A stretch of DNA of 22,361 nucleotides, from positions 1-22,361 of the forward strand of contig SUPR01000059.1 in NCBI GenBank assembly GCA_005191425.1, given 5' to 3'. This stretch comes from Candidatus Helarchaeota ASGARD archaeon Hel_GB_B. Its GTDB lineage: Archaea > Asgardarchaeota > Lokiarchaeia > Helarchaeales > HEL-GB-B. Shown here in pieces: positions 1 through 8,596 of the stretch. The translations under genes were made by a program, and so were the position numbers. The notes below the pieces were generated by a model. It was not told where the DNA came from, made no database searches, and was given only the letters and a program-made list of their open reading frames with translations. Position 1 is the stretch's first letter; every line of letters starts with the position of its first letter.

Positions 1-132
1 TTTCCAGATTTGGTGAAAGGAATAATAAAAGAAATGGAAATAGGAAAAAAGATGTTAGGAAGGTCGGTGGGACTTGTATTAAAAGTAATAGAGAATTGCT
101 GCGGAAAAATAGTAGAAAAAAATAAAAATTAA
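1..132 (+). CDS. 3' end of an upstream gene cut by the window edge (…FPDLVKGIIKEMEIGKKMLGRSVGLVLKVIENCCGKIVEKNKN*), product unknown
   Basis: Frame 1 is open from base 1 to TAA at 130-132. The stretch is purine-rich and coding-like and is co-oriented with the next gene. Too short to assign a family. Confidence 0.45.
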   Translation, partial: FPDLVKGIIKEMEIGKKMLGRSVGLVLKVIENCCGKIVEKNKN

Positions 133-224
133 AGATGTTTTATTTTTAAAGCATAGGATTTTGTAAAAAGTCTTCAGTAATATTTTTAAGCCAAATATTT
201 CTAAAAAACTTAGGAAATAAGGAT

Positions 225-1610
225 TTGAATAAATTGAATATTAATTTTACAAATTCTTCGGAAAAATTAAGCTTAAAAAAAATATTTGGATACGCTTTGG
301 GTGGAGTTCCAACTACATTACTTGCAGGAGTGTTTACTTTATGCTATGTTGATTTTTTTTATGATGATTTAAAATTAAATTGGAGTCTATTCATTTTGGG
401 ACAAGTTATTTACATGATTGTTAATGCCTTAAATGACCCATTTTTAGGTCAATTATCGGATAGAACAGACAGAATAAAATGGGGTAGTAGAAGAATAATT
501 TATATTAAATATGGAGGGCCAATATGGGCTTTAATTTTCGTTATTATTTGGTTTCCATGGAGTTATACAAATCAAATTTTAATATTCTTACAATTTGTTG
601 TAAGTGTATGTGCATTTGATACTATGCTAACACTTGTTGTGCTATGTTGGATGGCACTTCTACCTGAAATAACGTCTAATATTGACCAAAGAAATAAGGC
701 TAATCTAATTGCAAATATTTTTATGTTTATAAGCGCGATCCCAGTAATTATTATTCAATTATTAAAAAGTTATGGCTTAGTAGCATTTCAAATAGGAAAT
801 ATAATAATAGCTATAATTTCAGTATTTTGTTTCATTGTAGTATCGTATACATGTAAGGAACGTCCAGAATTTCAGAAGGATAAGACTTTTCCCTTTAAAA
901 AAGCTATAAAAAAGACTTTAAAAACAAAATCATTTCTTTATTATTTAGGGTATAATTTTACGCAAGTATTCAAAAATTCCATTGGTTTAACATATTTATT
1001 TACTTATTTATTAATTCTTGGAAATAACGAGATAGCACTTTTAGGTGCATTTCTTGTTTTTGTTTTAGTAGGTTTCGGGTCAAATTATGTTTGTATAAAA
1101 TTGAGGCCGAAATGGGGCATGAAAAAAATTATTGTAAGATTTGGAATTCTAAATGTAATTGGCACTTTTGTAGCATTTATATTAATTATTAATCCCATGA
1201 CAGAATTTTTAATTTGGTTTGCATTTATTTGGACTACCTTTTTTGGTGGTTATAGTGTTTTCAATTATCCTTTAATGACGTTATCTATTGATGAAGATGA
1301 ATTAAAAAGTGGGTCGCGACGAGAAGGAATGTTCTTAGGAATGAATGCATTGTTCACAAAACCTGCAGAAAGTATTGGGCCAATTATTGCGACTTTTATT
1401 CTGGAATTTTTTGGTTATGTTAAAAATTCAGCTGTTCAACCAGCATCTGCATTATTTGGAATTAAAATATTATTTTTAATAATACCAGCAATTGCTACGA
1501 TAATTGGTTTGGTCTTTATTTATTTTCATCCTATTGATATAAATCGTTCGTCTATTATAAAAACTGAATTAGATAAATTACACCGCCAAAAATTGGAAAA
1601 ACTATCTTAA
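225..1610 (+). CDS. MFS transporter, glycoside-pentoside-hexuronide (GPH/MelB-like) family
   Basis: 461 aa with ~12 hydrophobic segments. GPH motifs NALNDPFLGQLSDRT..WGSRR and DEDELKSGSRREGMFLG. TTG start preceded by AGGA. Confidence 0.92.
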   Translation: MNKLNINFTNSSEKLSLKKIFGYALGGVPTTLLAGVFTLCYVDFFYDDLKLNWSLFILGQVIYMIVNALNDPFLGQLSDRTDRIKWGSRRIIYIKYGGPIWALIFVIIWFPWSYTNQILIFLQFVVSVCAFDTMLTLVVLCWMALLPEITSNIDQRNKANLIANIFMFISAIPVIIIQLLKSYGLVAFQIGNIIIAIISVFCFIVVSYTCKERPEFQKDKTFPFKKAIKKTLKTKSFLYYLGYNFTQVFKNSIGLTYLFTYLLILGNNEIALLGAFLVFVLVGFGSNYVCIKLRPKWGMKKIIVRFGILNVIGTFVAFILIINPMTEFLIWFAFIWTTFFGGYSVFNYPLMTLSIDEDELKSGSRREGMFLGMNALFTKPAESIGPIIATFILEFFGYVKNSAVQPASALFGIKILFLIIPAIATIIGLVFIYFHPIDINRSSIIKTELDKLHRQKLEKLS

Positions 1611-1688
1611 GAAACAATTTTTTGGAAGAAAATTTTTAATTAAAAATTTTCAGAATATATAAAAAGTAAATACAAAAAATGAAATAAA

Positions 1689-2732
1689 ATGAATAATGAT
1701 TCTTGGTTCTGCGTTTATCATACGTATTCTACTTCATATTCCTCCAGTAAAAAGGCAATCAAATTATTTGAAAAAGATGTTGAATTTGCAGAAAAATTAG
1801 GAATAAAATATATAATTATGGAAGATTATTATAAAAACCTTAACTGGGGAGAATATTCTGTTTTTTGGAATAAAGAAAATTTGGAGAAAATGATAAAAAT
1901 AATACATGACCATAATATGAAATTTATTCCATACATAGATGCAACAGAATTAACTATTTTAGGAGATACATACAAAAAATTTGGAAAGAAATGGAGCGCT
2001 AAAAATAAATGGGGTAAGATTTATTCTGGTTTTAATTCTATATTTTTACCGCTTGCATATCCAAATCCAAAATTCGATTTTTTTACAAGATTGATGTGTC
2101 CAAAATCAGGTTGGCATGATTATTTACTTGATCAAGTTAATTTTCTTTTAAATAATCTTCAAATAGATGGTATTTATATTGATAGAATAGATTATCGAGT
2201 CAAATGTTATGATGTAAACCATGAGAATAATGCAATGCATTTTCAGAACGGAATCCCAGAACTTATTAATGATATAGTAAATGAAGTTAAAAGTTTTGAT
2301 AGTAATTATGTTTCTATAATGAATGATTCTTGTATGCCACCAGATGAAATAATGGTGCGTTGTATTAAATCAGTAGACTTTGTATTGTCCGAATTACTAC
2401 CTCTTGATTGGAACCCGAATTCGTTATATAATAAGATCAATATTGAATGGGGAGATTTAGCTTGGAAGTTAAGAAAACTCTTGAGACCAATATTTCAAGT
2501 TTTTGTAGAAATGCAATTCCATTCAGAATCAATGACTGATATTAATAGAATTAAAAAAATTGTTAAAAGGTTAAGTGCTAATATTAATCCTGATAGAATA
2601 TTATTATTTACACATAGAAAAGATATTAAAGGACTTAAAACGATTAAGCAGGTTGTTTCGCAAACTGGTGCAAATATATGTTATTTTGTTGGATTAAAAA
2701 GACTTTCCGTTTTGAAAAATGACCTATTATAA
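1689..2732 (+). CDS. Putative glycoside hydrolase-like TIM-barrel protein, family unassigned
   Basis: 347 aa with FIPYID, MCPKSGWHDYLLDQVNFLL and IDGIYIDRI segments typical of GH-like (beta/alpha)8 proteins. Lies 78 bp downstream of the sugar transporter. Confidence 0.6.
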   Translation: MNNDSWFCVYHTYSTSYSSSKKAIKLFEKDVEFAEKLGIKYIIMEDYYKNLNWGEYSVFWNKENLEKMIKIIHDHNMKFIPYIDATELTILGDTYKKFGKKWSAKNKWGKIYSGFNSIFLPLAYPNPKFDFFTRLMCPKSGWHDYLLDQVNFLLNNLQIDGIYIDRIDYRVKCYDVNHENNAMHFQNGIPELINDIVNEVKSFDSNYVSIMNDSCMPPDEIMVRCIKSVDFVLSELLPLDWNPNSLYNKINIEWGDLAWKLRKLLRPIFQVFVEMQFHSESMTDINRIKKIVKRLSANINPDRILLFTHRKDIKGLKTIKQVVSQTGANICYFVGLKRLSVLKNDLL

Positions 2733-2988
2733 TAATTTTCTTAATAAATTTAAAAAATAAATTTAGAATAAATCTAAAAAGGGGAGAGATTTACTCAAAA
2801 AATTATTTTATAAAAGAGGGAATAAAATTAAATTATTTTTCTATATAAATGATTATAGAGAGATATTATTAAAGATTTTTAATTTTATGTAAAAATTATT
2901 TGCAATTTTGGTTTGAAATTTTAATATATTTTGTATTTTAAAGTTTCTGATCAATAAATCTGTTAATTTAAAAAATTAAAGGAAACAT

Positions 2989-4086
2989 TTATGAAATTTT
3001 AATTCTTGGTGGAAGTACAAAAACTTCTCTTGGTCCAGTTCTAACGATATTTATTGCTTCTTCTGGGCAGAAATGAGCACAAACACCACATCCTATGCAT
3101 CTTTTAGAATCTATTACTGCTTTTTCATCATCTAGCTTAATTGCTTCCATAGGACATTTCTCTACACATGTTCCACAAGCGATACAATTTTCACTTATAG
3201 TTTCTGCAATATAAGATGTTAAGGTATGATAAGGTACAACACCTTCATAAAATAATCTAAATATTCCACAGCAACATTTGCAACAACTGCATATTCCATC
3301 CAAACCTTTATTAAAATCTAAGTTAGAATGAAAGACTTTATGAACCAGCCCTAAGTCTTCGGCTTTTTTAAGCACCTTTTTTGCTTCATCTTTAGAGATT
3401 TGTCTTGCAAACCCATAATTAATAGAATAATTGGCCGCTTTACCTAAAATTAAACATATTTCCCTTTCATCAGTTATCTTGCATGGATCACCAACAAGAT
3501 CTTTTTGCTGCTTGCAATAACAATGTGCAAGTGCGATTTTATCATGTTGATCAATTATTTTCGATGCTTCTTCAATTAATAATACCTCTTCTTTTCCAAC
3601 CACAACTTTTTCCTCTACAGGAATTATGCGTGCGGGCGCAGGGAACTTTTTAAATTCAGGCATTACTTCATCATAATTTCTTTGAGTTCCATTTCTAAGA
3701 TCGATAAATATTCTGTCAAATAGATTGGCTAATTTCCGTTCCTTTTCCCCCTTATTACCCTTCATTAATGAAAATTCAATTAAACCTGGAAATGGAGGCA
3801 TTAAAGTATAAACCATTATACCAGTGCTACGGCTAGGATTGCCAGAAATTACTCCATTTTTCATTAGATCTTCTAATATTTCGATTATTTCTTTCTCAGA
3901 TTTATCAGTTTTTTCTTTAATTTGTTCTAAATTTAAAGACGAATGCCTAAAAATCGTAATAAATTCTGCTTGTTCTTCAGTTAATTTCATTTTTAAAAAT
4001 TCTATTAAAGTATCAGATACTGGGAATGGCATTTTACCAGCATTAACAATAGTTTGAGCTGCTTTTTTCCATTTTTTTTCTGAAAT
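2989..4086 (-). CDS. Cys-rich 4Fe-4S binding protein (N-terminal wHTH-like region, CxC…C…C…CxCCxCCC core, C-terminal 2x[4Fe-4S] ferredoxin)
   Basis: 18 Cys, including CIACGTCVEKCP and CIGCGVCAHFCP. The ORF track starts at ATG 4032, but the frame stays open to ATT at 4086, 6 nt after AGGTG (4097-4093). The longer start is my inference. Confidence 0.85.
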   Translation of the reverse strand: MSEKKWKKAAQTIVNAGKMPFPVSDTLIEFLKMKLTEEQAEFITIFRHSSLNLEQIKEKTDKSEKEIIEILEDLMKNGVISGNPSRSTGIMVYTLMPPFPGLIEFSLMKGNKGEKERKLANLFDRIFIDLRNGTQRNYDEVMPEFKKFPAPARIIPVEEKVVVGKEEVLLIEEASKIIDQHDKIALAHCYCKQQKDLVGDPCKITDEREICLILGKAANYSINYGFARQISKDEAKKVLKKAEDLGLVHKVFHSNLDFNKGLDGICSCCKCCCGIFRLFYEGVVPYHTLTSYIAETISENCIACGTCVEKCPMEAIKLDDEKAVIDSKRCIGCGVCAHFCPEEAINIVRTGPREVFVLPPRIKIS

Positions 4087-4278
4087 CTTTTACACCTTTT
4101 GTAAATTATTTAAAATATCTAACATTTGTTGAATATTTTTATTTTTCTATTGAAAATATTTTTATAATGATTTTTTAATTAAAAAAATATGATAAGGAGG
4201 GAAATTTTCCGATTTTAGGGTTATTTGGATATAATAAAAGGAATAAATTGCTTAAAAGAAGATAGAATCTTAGATAAA

Positions 4279-4676
4279 TTAGCCTCTACTTTTTAAATTT
4301 ATCCCTTTCCACTTAAATTTTCCTCCACCTCTTAAACTAGTTATGTCTAATTTTCCTTTAAATCCGAACGGTTTAAAATAATTATTTATCGTTTCAAATA
4401 TATTAATTGCTTTTATTCTTAGGAACTATTTTCATTTAAAATATTAATAAATTAGATAAATTCAGAACATAAATCAAAAATTATTTTTAATTTATCTTTT
4501 TAAATGATTTTAGGAGTGTCTTCTTTAGAATGCCATCCATCTAGAATAGTTTTTTCACTCAAACAAGCTATTGCAGTAGCTTTTAGCCCTCTTTTTGAGA
4601 ATGGCCAACTATCTATAACCCCAGAAATTGATATATTATCTAATTCCAAATTTAATCCTATTTTTTCGCTGATCAT
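4279..4676 (-). pseudogene. Probable decayed gene of unknown family
   Basis: A 58-aa ORF at 4676-4500 (MISEKIGLNLELDNISISGVIDSWPFSKRGLKATAIACLSEKTILDGWHSKEDTPKII) continues in frame through stops. A 48-aa coding-like piece follows in another frame at 4425-4279 (…AINIFETINNYFKPFGFKGKLDITSLRGGGKFKWKG…). G+C is higher than in the flanking spacers. Confidence 0.35.
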
Positions 4677-4855
4677 TATAAATAATTAATTCATCTGAGT
4701 GTTTTTACGGTAATCTCTTTATTAATTATAACCAACTTTCCAGATCAGCCAACAGATTCAATATTTATAGTATATTATGAAATAAATAAAAATTAAATAA
4801 AAAAAGTGATATATATCTTTTAAAAATTGATTAAAATAAGGTTTCTATTCTAATT

Positions 4856-6523
4856 TTATGATTTAGAATCTTTTTCTCTTAAAACACGTCTTAATATTTT
4901 GCCGACTGCACTTTTTGGTAATTTAGAAACAAATTCTATGGATCTAGGATATTTAAATGCCGCCATATTTTCTTTTGCCCATTCAATGATTTCAGCTTCA
5001 GTAATCTTATCCTTATATTCGGGAGTAGGTATAATGAAAGCCTTAATATTTTCTCCCTTCTCGGGGTCTTTCACTCCAATTACTGAGCATTCCAAAACTG
5101 CTGGATGTTCATATAATATTTCTTCAACTTCGCGCGGGTAAACACTATGCCCTTTATATTTAATTAAATCCTTAACTCTATCTATTAAAAAAATATATCC
5201 TTCTTCATCAAGTTTAGCGAAATCACCAGTTTTTAACCAAGTATATCCACCAGCTTCAAATAATACATTTTTTGTTTCTTCGGGTCTATTATGATAACCA
5301 ACCATTACTTGTGGTCCGGCAACAACTAATTCCCCTACTTCGCCTATCGGGAGAAAGTTATGTTCTTTATCAATAATACCTACCAAGGTATTCGCAATTG
5401 GATGTCCACAACTACCCGGCTTTTTCTTTGCCCAAGGGGGTGAATTTGTTACTACGGGGCTTGCTTCGCTTAGACCATATCCTTCACCCATTGCAAAGCC
5501 TGTTTTTTGTTCCCACTTTTTAGCTAATTCGACTGGTAATGCGCCTGCTCCCACATTCGCATATTTCAAGCTTGAAAGATCAACATCTTTAATTTCTGGA
5601 GCATTTAATAAATTAATAAACATGGTTGTTACTCCAAGCATGGTATTTGGTCTATGTTTTTGTATAATCTCTATTATTTTTTGTACATCAAAAAGTGCCA
5701 GTACAAATGCCTTAGAACCTACTAAAGGGGATAATGCAAGCTCACAAGTTTGTCCATATATGTGATACCATGGTAAAACCGAAATTACAATAAGATCCCC
5801 CTTTATATATTCATTTTTCATATAATCAGAAATTTGTTTGATTTGCAATATGTTAGATAAAATATTATAATGTGTTAACAATGCTCCTTTGGGTAATCCA
5901 GTTGTTCCACCAGTATATTGTATAACAGCAATATCTTCTTTTGGATTTATTTGAATATCTGGTATTTCTGGAATTTCTTGAACTTGATCCATTAAGGTAT
6001 TATAGTGAATTATATTTCCTTTTTCTGGCTTTTTGGGTATCCCACCTTCAACATTAACTAAAATTACTTTTTTAAGAGTTAATTCATCGGCTACTTTCCG
6101 ATAATGACGAAAAAAGCGATCGAGCATAACTAGATATTTTGCACCAGAATCCTTGATTTGGTATGATAATTCTCTAGCTACGAATAATGGACTGATTGCC
6201 GTGACAATAGCTCCAATGGAAAGCGCAGCAAAATAGGTAATCGCAAAGTAGGGACTATTTGGAAGCCATATTGCTACAATATCTCCTTTTTTAACACCAA
6301 TATTTTGTAGGGCTTTTATAAATTTTCGAGTCAAATTATCCAGTTCTTTAAAAGTAAATTCTCTTGTGTAATATACCATACAAATTTTATCCCCAAAATT
6401 TTTTGCACCTTGTACGAAGAGATCACGTAGAGACATATCTTCAGGTATATCGATTTCTAAAGTAATTCCTGGTGGTAAATAATCTTTCCAATATCGATTT
6501 TTTATATAATCAGGTAAATCCAT
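4856..6523 (-). CDS. fadD: Long-chain fatty acid--CoA ligase (ANL superfamily)
   Basis: 555 aa with AMP-binding motif QYTGGTTGLPKGA, GYGLSEASP, KTGD, DRVKDLIKYKG and C-terminal PKSAVGKILRR. GAGG upstream of ATG. Confidence 0.93.
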   Translation of the reverse strand: MDLPDYIKNRYWKDYLPPGITLEIDIPEDMSLRDLFVQGAKNFGDKICMVYYTREFTFKELDNLTRKFIKALQNIGVKKGDIVAIWLPNSPYFAITYFAALSIGAIVTAISPLFVARELSYQIKDSGAKYLVMLDRFFRHYRKVADELTLKKVILVNVEGGIPKKPEKGNIIHYNTLMDQVQEIPEIPDIQINPKEDIAVIQYTGGTTGLPKGALLTHYNILSNILQIKQISDYMKNEYIKGDLIVISVLPWYHIYGQTCELALSPLVGSKAFVLALFDVQKIIEIIQKHRPNTMLGVTTMFINLLNAPEIKDVDLSSLKYANVGAGALPVELAKKWEQKTGFAMGEGYGLSEASPVVTNSPPWAKKKPGSCGHPIANTLVGIIDKEHNFLPIGEVGELVVAGPQVMVGYHNRPEETKNVLFEAGGYTWLKTGDFAKLDEEGYIFLIDRVKDLIKYKGHSVYPREVEEILYEHPAVLECSVIGVKDPEKGENIKAFIIPTPEYKDKITEAEIIEWAKENMAAFKYPRSIEFVSKLPKSAVGKILRRVLREKDSKS

Positions 6524-6561
6524 ATTTTAATTGCCTCAAAATTTTTATAATAGAATTATAT

Positions 6562-6601
6562 ATTTGGTAAGATTTTTAATAATTTGGTAAGATTTTTAAT
6601 A
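6562..6601. repeat. Perfect 2x20-bp tandem duplication ATTTGGTAAGATTTTTAATA
   Basis: Read directly at 6562-6581 and 6582-6601, 39-78 bp upstream of the fadD start. Confidence 0.9.
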
Positions 6602-6702
6602 TATTTCTTATATTGATTATTTAAATGAAAATAAAAGCGAGAATTAAATTTTTTCTGATTTTTAATATTTTTAACTCTCGCAAATTGATATATAATTTCT
6701 AA

Positions 6703-6935
6703 TATCATAAAAATATTAAAGGTATAAAGTTAGGAAAAATACCTATTGGTTGGCTGGATTAATGAGAAATCAAGCAAATATCCAAGATTTAACTGTTGAA
6801 GTTGTTCTTAAAAAGGCTAAAAATAATGCGTTACAAGCATTATTAACTGATCCAGTTGTTAATAGTTTAACTCAAGCTGCACAAATCTTGAATGATTTAT
6901 GTAAACTTCAAGCTGAATATTTACCTTTTGAATAA
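6703..6935 (+). pseudogene. 3' remnant of a family 4 glycoside hydrolase (alpha-galactosidase/6-phospho-glucosidase-like), frameshifted and 5'-deleted
   Basis: KNIKGIKLGKIPIG[frameshift near 6750]LAGLMRNQANIQDLTVE…ALQALLTDPVV…LQAEYLP matches the GH4 C-terminus. There is no room upstream for the other ~370 codons. Confidence 0.8.
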
Positions 6936-8217
6936 TTTAAAAGGGGGAATACAAGTCATTTCATATTTTAATAATTATAAACGGCATTTGGGTTTATTGT
7001 TAGACCAAAATCGCGTTATAAAATTTAGACATGCAATATTTCAAAATGTAAAAACGGACGATATTGTTATTGATTTAGGGTGTGGCATCGGAATTTTAGG
7101 ATTTTTCGCTTTAGAATCGGGCGCAAGCCATGTATATGCAATTGAACCAACTGAAATTATTGAACTTGCAAAAAAGATCTCAATTTTAAATGGTTATTCG
7201 AATAGAATTACTTTTATTAAAAAAAACGGGAAAGGTATAAGCAAAAAAGACATCCCAGAAAAAGTTGATGTAATAATTTCTGAACCTATTTCAAATTTTT
7301 TACTTGAAGGTGATTTATGGTCTACTATTCAATATCTTAAGAGATTTTTAAAGGAGGACGGAAAAATTATTCCCTATTCAGGAAAATTATTTATTGCGCC
7401 ATCTGAAAATGCTCCACAAACATTCTTAGATTCATGTAATGTTTTGAATTATCCAAACCTTTTTCATATTAATTTTGACGATTTTACAAAAAATGTTATG
7501 TATAAATCAGAAGTTTTTGATGTCAATCCAAAAAATTGGGTTTCTGAACCAGAGATTATATTGGACATTAATTTAAAAAATGATGAGTTAAAAGATTATT
7601 TTTCGAAAGTTATTAAATTTAAAATTGAAAAATCAGGTCTAATACAAGGATTTCATATTTATTTTAAATTAAATATTGCACCAAAAATTGAAATATCAAG
7701 CCTTGATAATTCCCATTATGCAACATGGGCACCGCAATTTTTACCAATAAAACTACCAATTCAAGTTAATGGTGGTGAAATTTTAAGTTTAAAAATAAGC
7801 ACAAAAACTTTTCCAGATTATCATTATCAATGGGACTTAGAATTGGAACATTTTTCATTCTATTCTGATTTAAGTATTGATTTAAATAGATTAGAGGGTT
7901 TGGAAATAAATTTTAAACCAGAAATAATCATAAAAAATGATTCTATTTATTATTTAGACCAAGATTTTTTTGTTCAGTATGATATTGAGTCAGAAATGGA
8001 GAAAAAAATAATAGATTTAATTCAAAAAGAAAATAAAATTAAAAATATAATCCAAGAAATAAAAAACACCTATAAAACGGATAATCTAAAGACGGAAATT
8101 TTCTTAACATTTACTAATATCATTAAAAAATTAAATTCACTAAATATGATAGAAATTAAGAGCTATTCACCATCTTTTTTAAGAAACAATTTTTCATGGA
8201 CTATTAGAATACCTTAA
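6892..8217 (+). CDS. Protein arginine N-methyltransferase (PRMT)-like SAM-dependent methyltransferase with C-terminal extension
   Basis: Motif I VIDLGCGIG, post-I VYAIE, motif II KVDVIISE, double-E-like loop SEPISNFLLE, motif III FLKEDGKIIP, beta-barrel strand IQGFHIYF and THW-like SHYATW. The real start may be ATT at 6958. Confidence 0.82.
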   Translation: MIYVNFKLNIYLLNNLKGGIQVISYFNNYKRHLGLLLDQNRVIKFRHAIFQNVKTDDIVIDLGCGIGILGFFALESGASHVYAIEPTEIIELAKKISILNGYSNRITFIKKNGKGISKKDIPEKVDVIISEPISNFLLEGDLWSTIQYLKRFLKEDGKIIPYSGKLFIAPSENAPQTFLDSCNVLNYPNLFHINFDDFTKNVMYKSEVFDVNPKNWVSEPEIILDINLKNDELKDYFSKVIKFKIEKSGLIQGFHIYFKLNIAPKIEISSLDNSHYATWAPQFLPIKLPIQVNGGEILSLKISTKTFPDYHYQWDLELEHFSFYSDLSIDLNRLEGLEINFKPEIIIKNDSIYYLDQDFFVQYDIESEMEKKIIDLIQKENKIKNIIQEIKNTYKTDNLKTEIFLTFTNIIKKLNSLNMIEIKSYSPSFLRNNFSWTIRIP

Positions 8218-8395
8218 AATCAAATAATAGCAAGTAATCAGATATCTAACAAAAGATTAGAATTTGAATAAATTGAGAAATAACTTTCAATAATATATAA
8301 TTTATTGTTTTTTTATTGTATTTTTAGTTAGATTAATATTGCAATAATTTCTTAAAAGATATAAAAATTATTTTTTATTTATAATGTGGATATTT

Positions 8396-8578
8396 ATGAT
8401 CCAAGAAATTCATTATACATGTCCTAAATGCGGAATGTTCGTAGCAATTACAATAAAAGTCCATAATGTTGGTGTAGATGGTCAGAACCAGGTAAAACTT
8501 TTAATGCCAATCTGTTCTGAGTGTAATAAAAAATTGATAAGAATTTACAGTAAATCTGAACTTAAATTAATTCAATGA
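8396..8578 (+). CDS. Small zinc-ribbon protein (CPKC…CSEC), ~60 aa
   Basis: Two CxxC pairs. ATG 8396 has GTGGA upstream; the ORF track uses ATG 8384. Confidence 0.7.
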   Translation: MIQEIHYTCPKCGMFVAITIKVHNVGVDGQNQVKLLMPICSECNKKLIRIYSKSELKLIQ

Positions 8579-8596
8579 AGATAATATAATAAAAAA

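Noticed and set aside
361-367. ATGATGA (C-box-like) in the MFS gene, plus weaker C/D-like words in other spacers
   Set aside because: No D box or closing stem at a suitable distance.
4570-4640. Resemblance of ISISGVIDSWPFSKRG…CLSE to an M28 peptidase HxDSW…LE segment
   Set aside because: The metal-binding His and the DN motif are absent; too weak to call.
3824-5141. ORF-track entries 3824..4057, 4504..4689 and 4899..5141 (+)
   Set aside because: Antisense shadows of minus-strand coding or decayed sequence, with no motifs.
6750-6935. 61-aa ORF as an independent small gene
   Set aside because: Its TTG is an internal Leu codon of a frameshifted GH4 C-terminus, so it is treated as a pseudogene.
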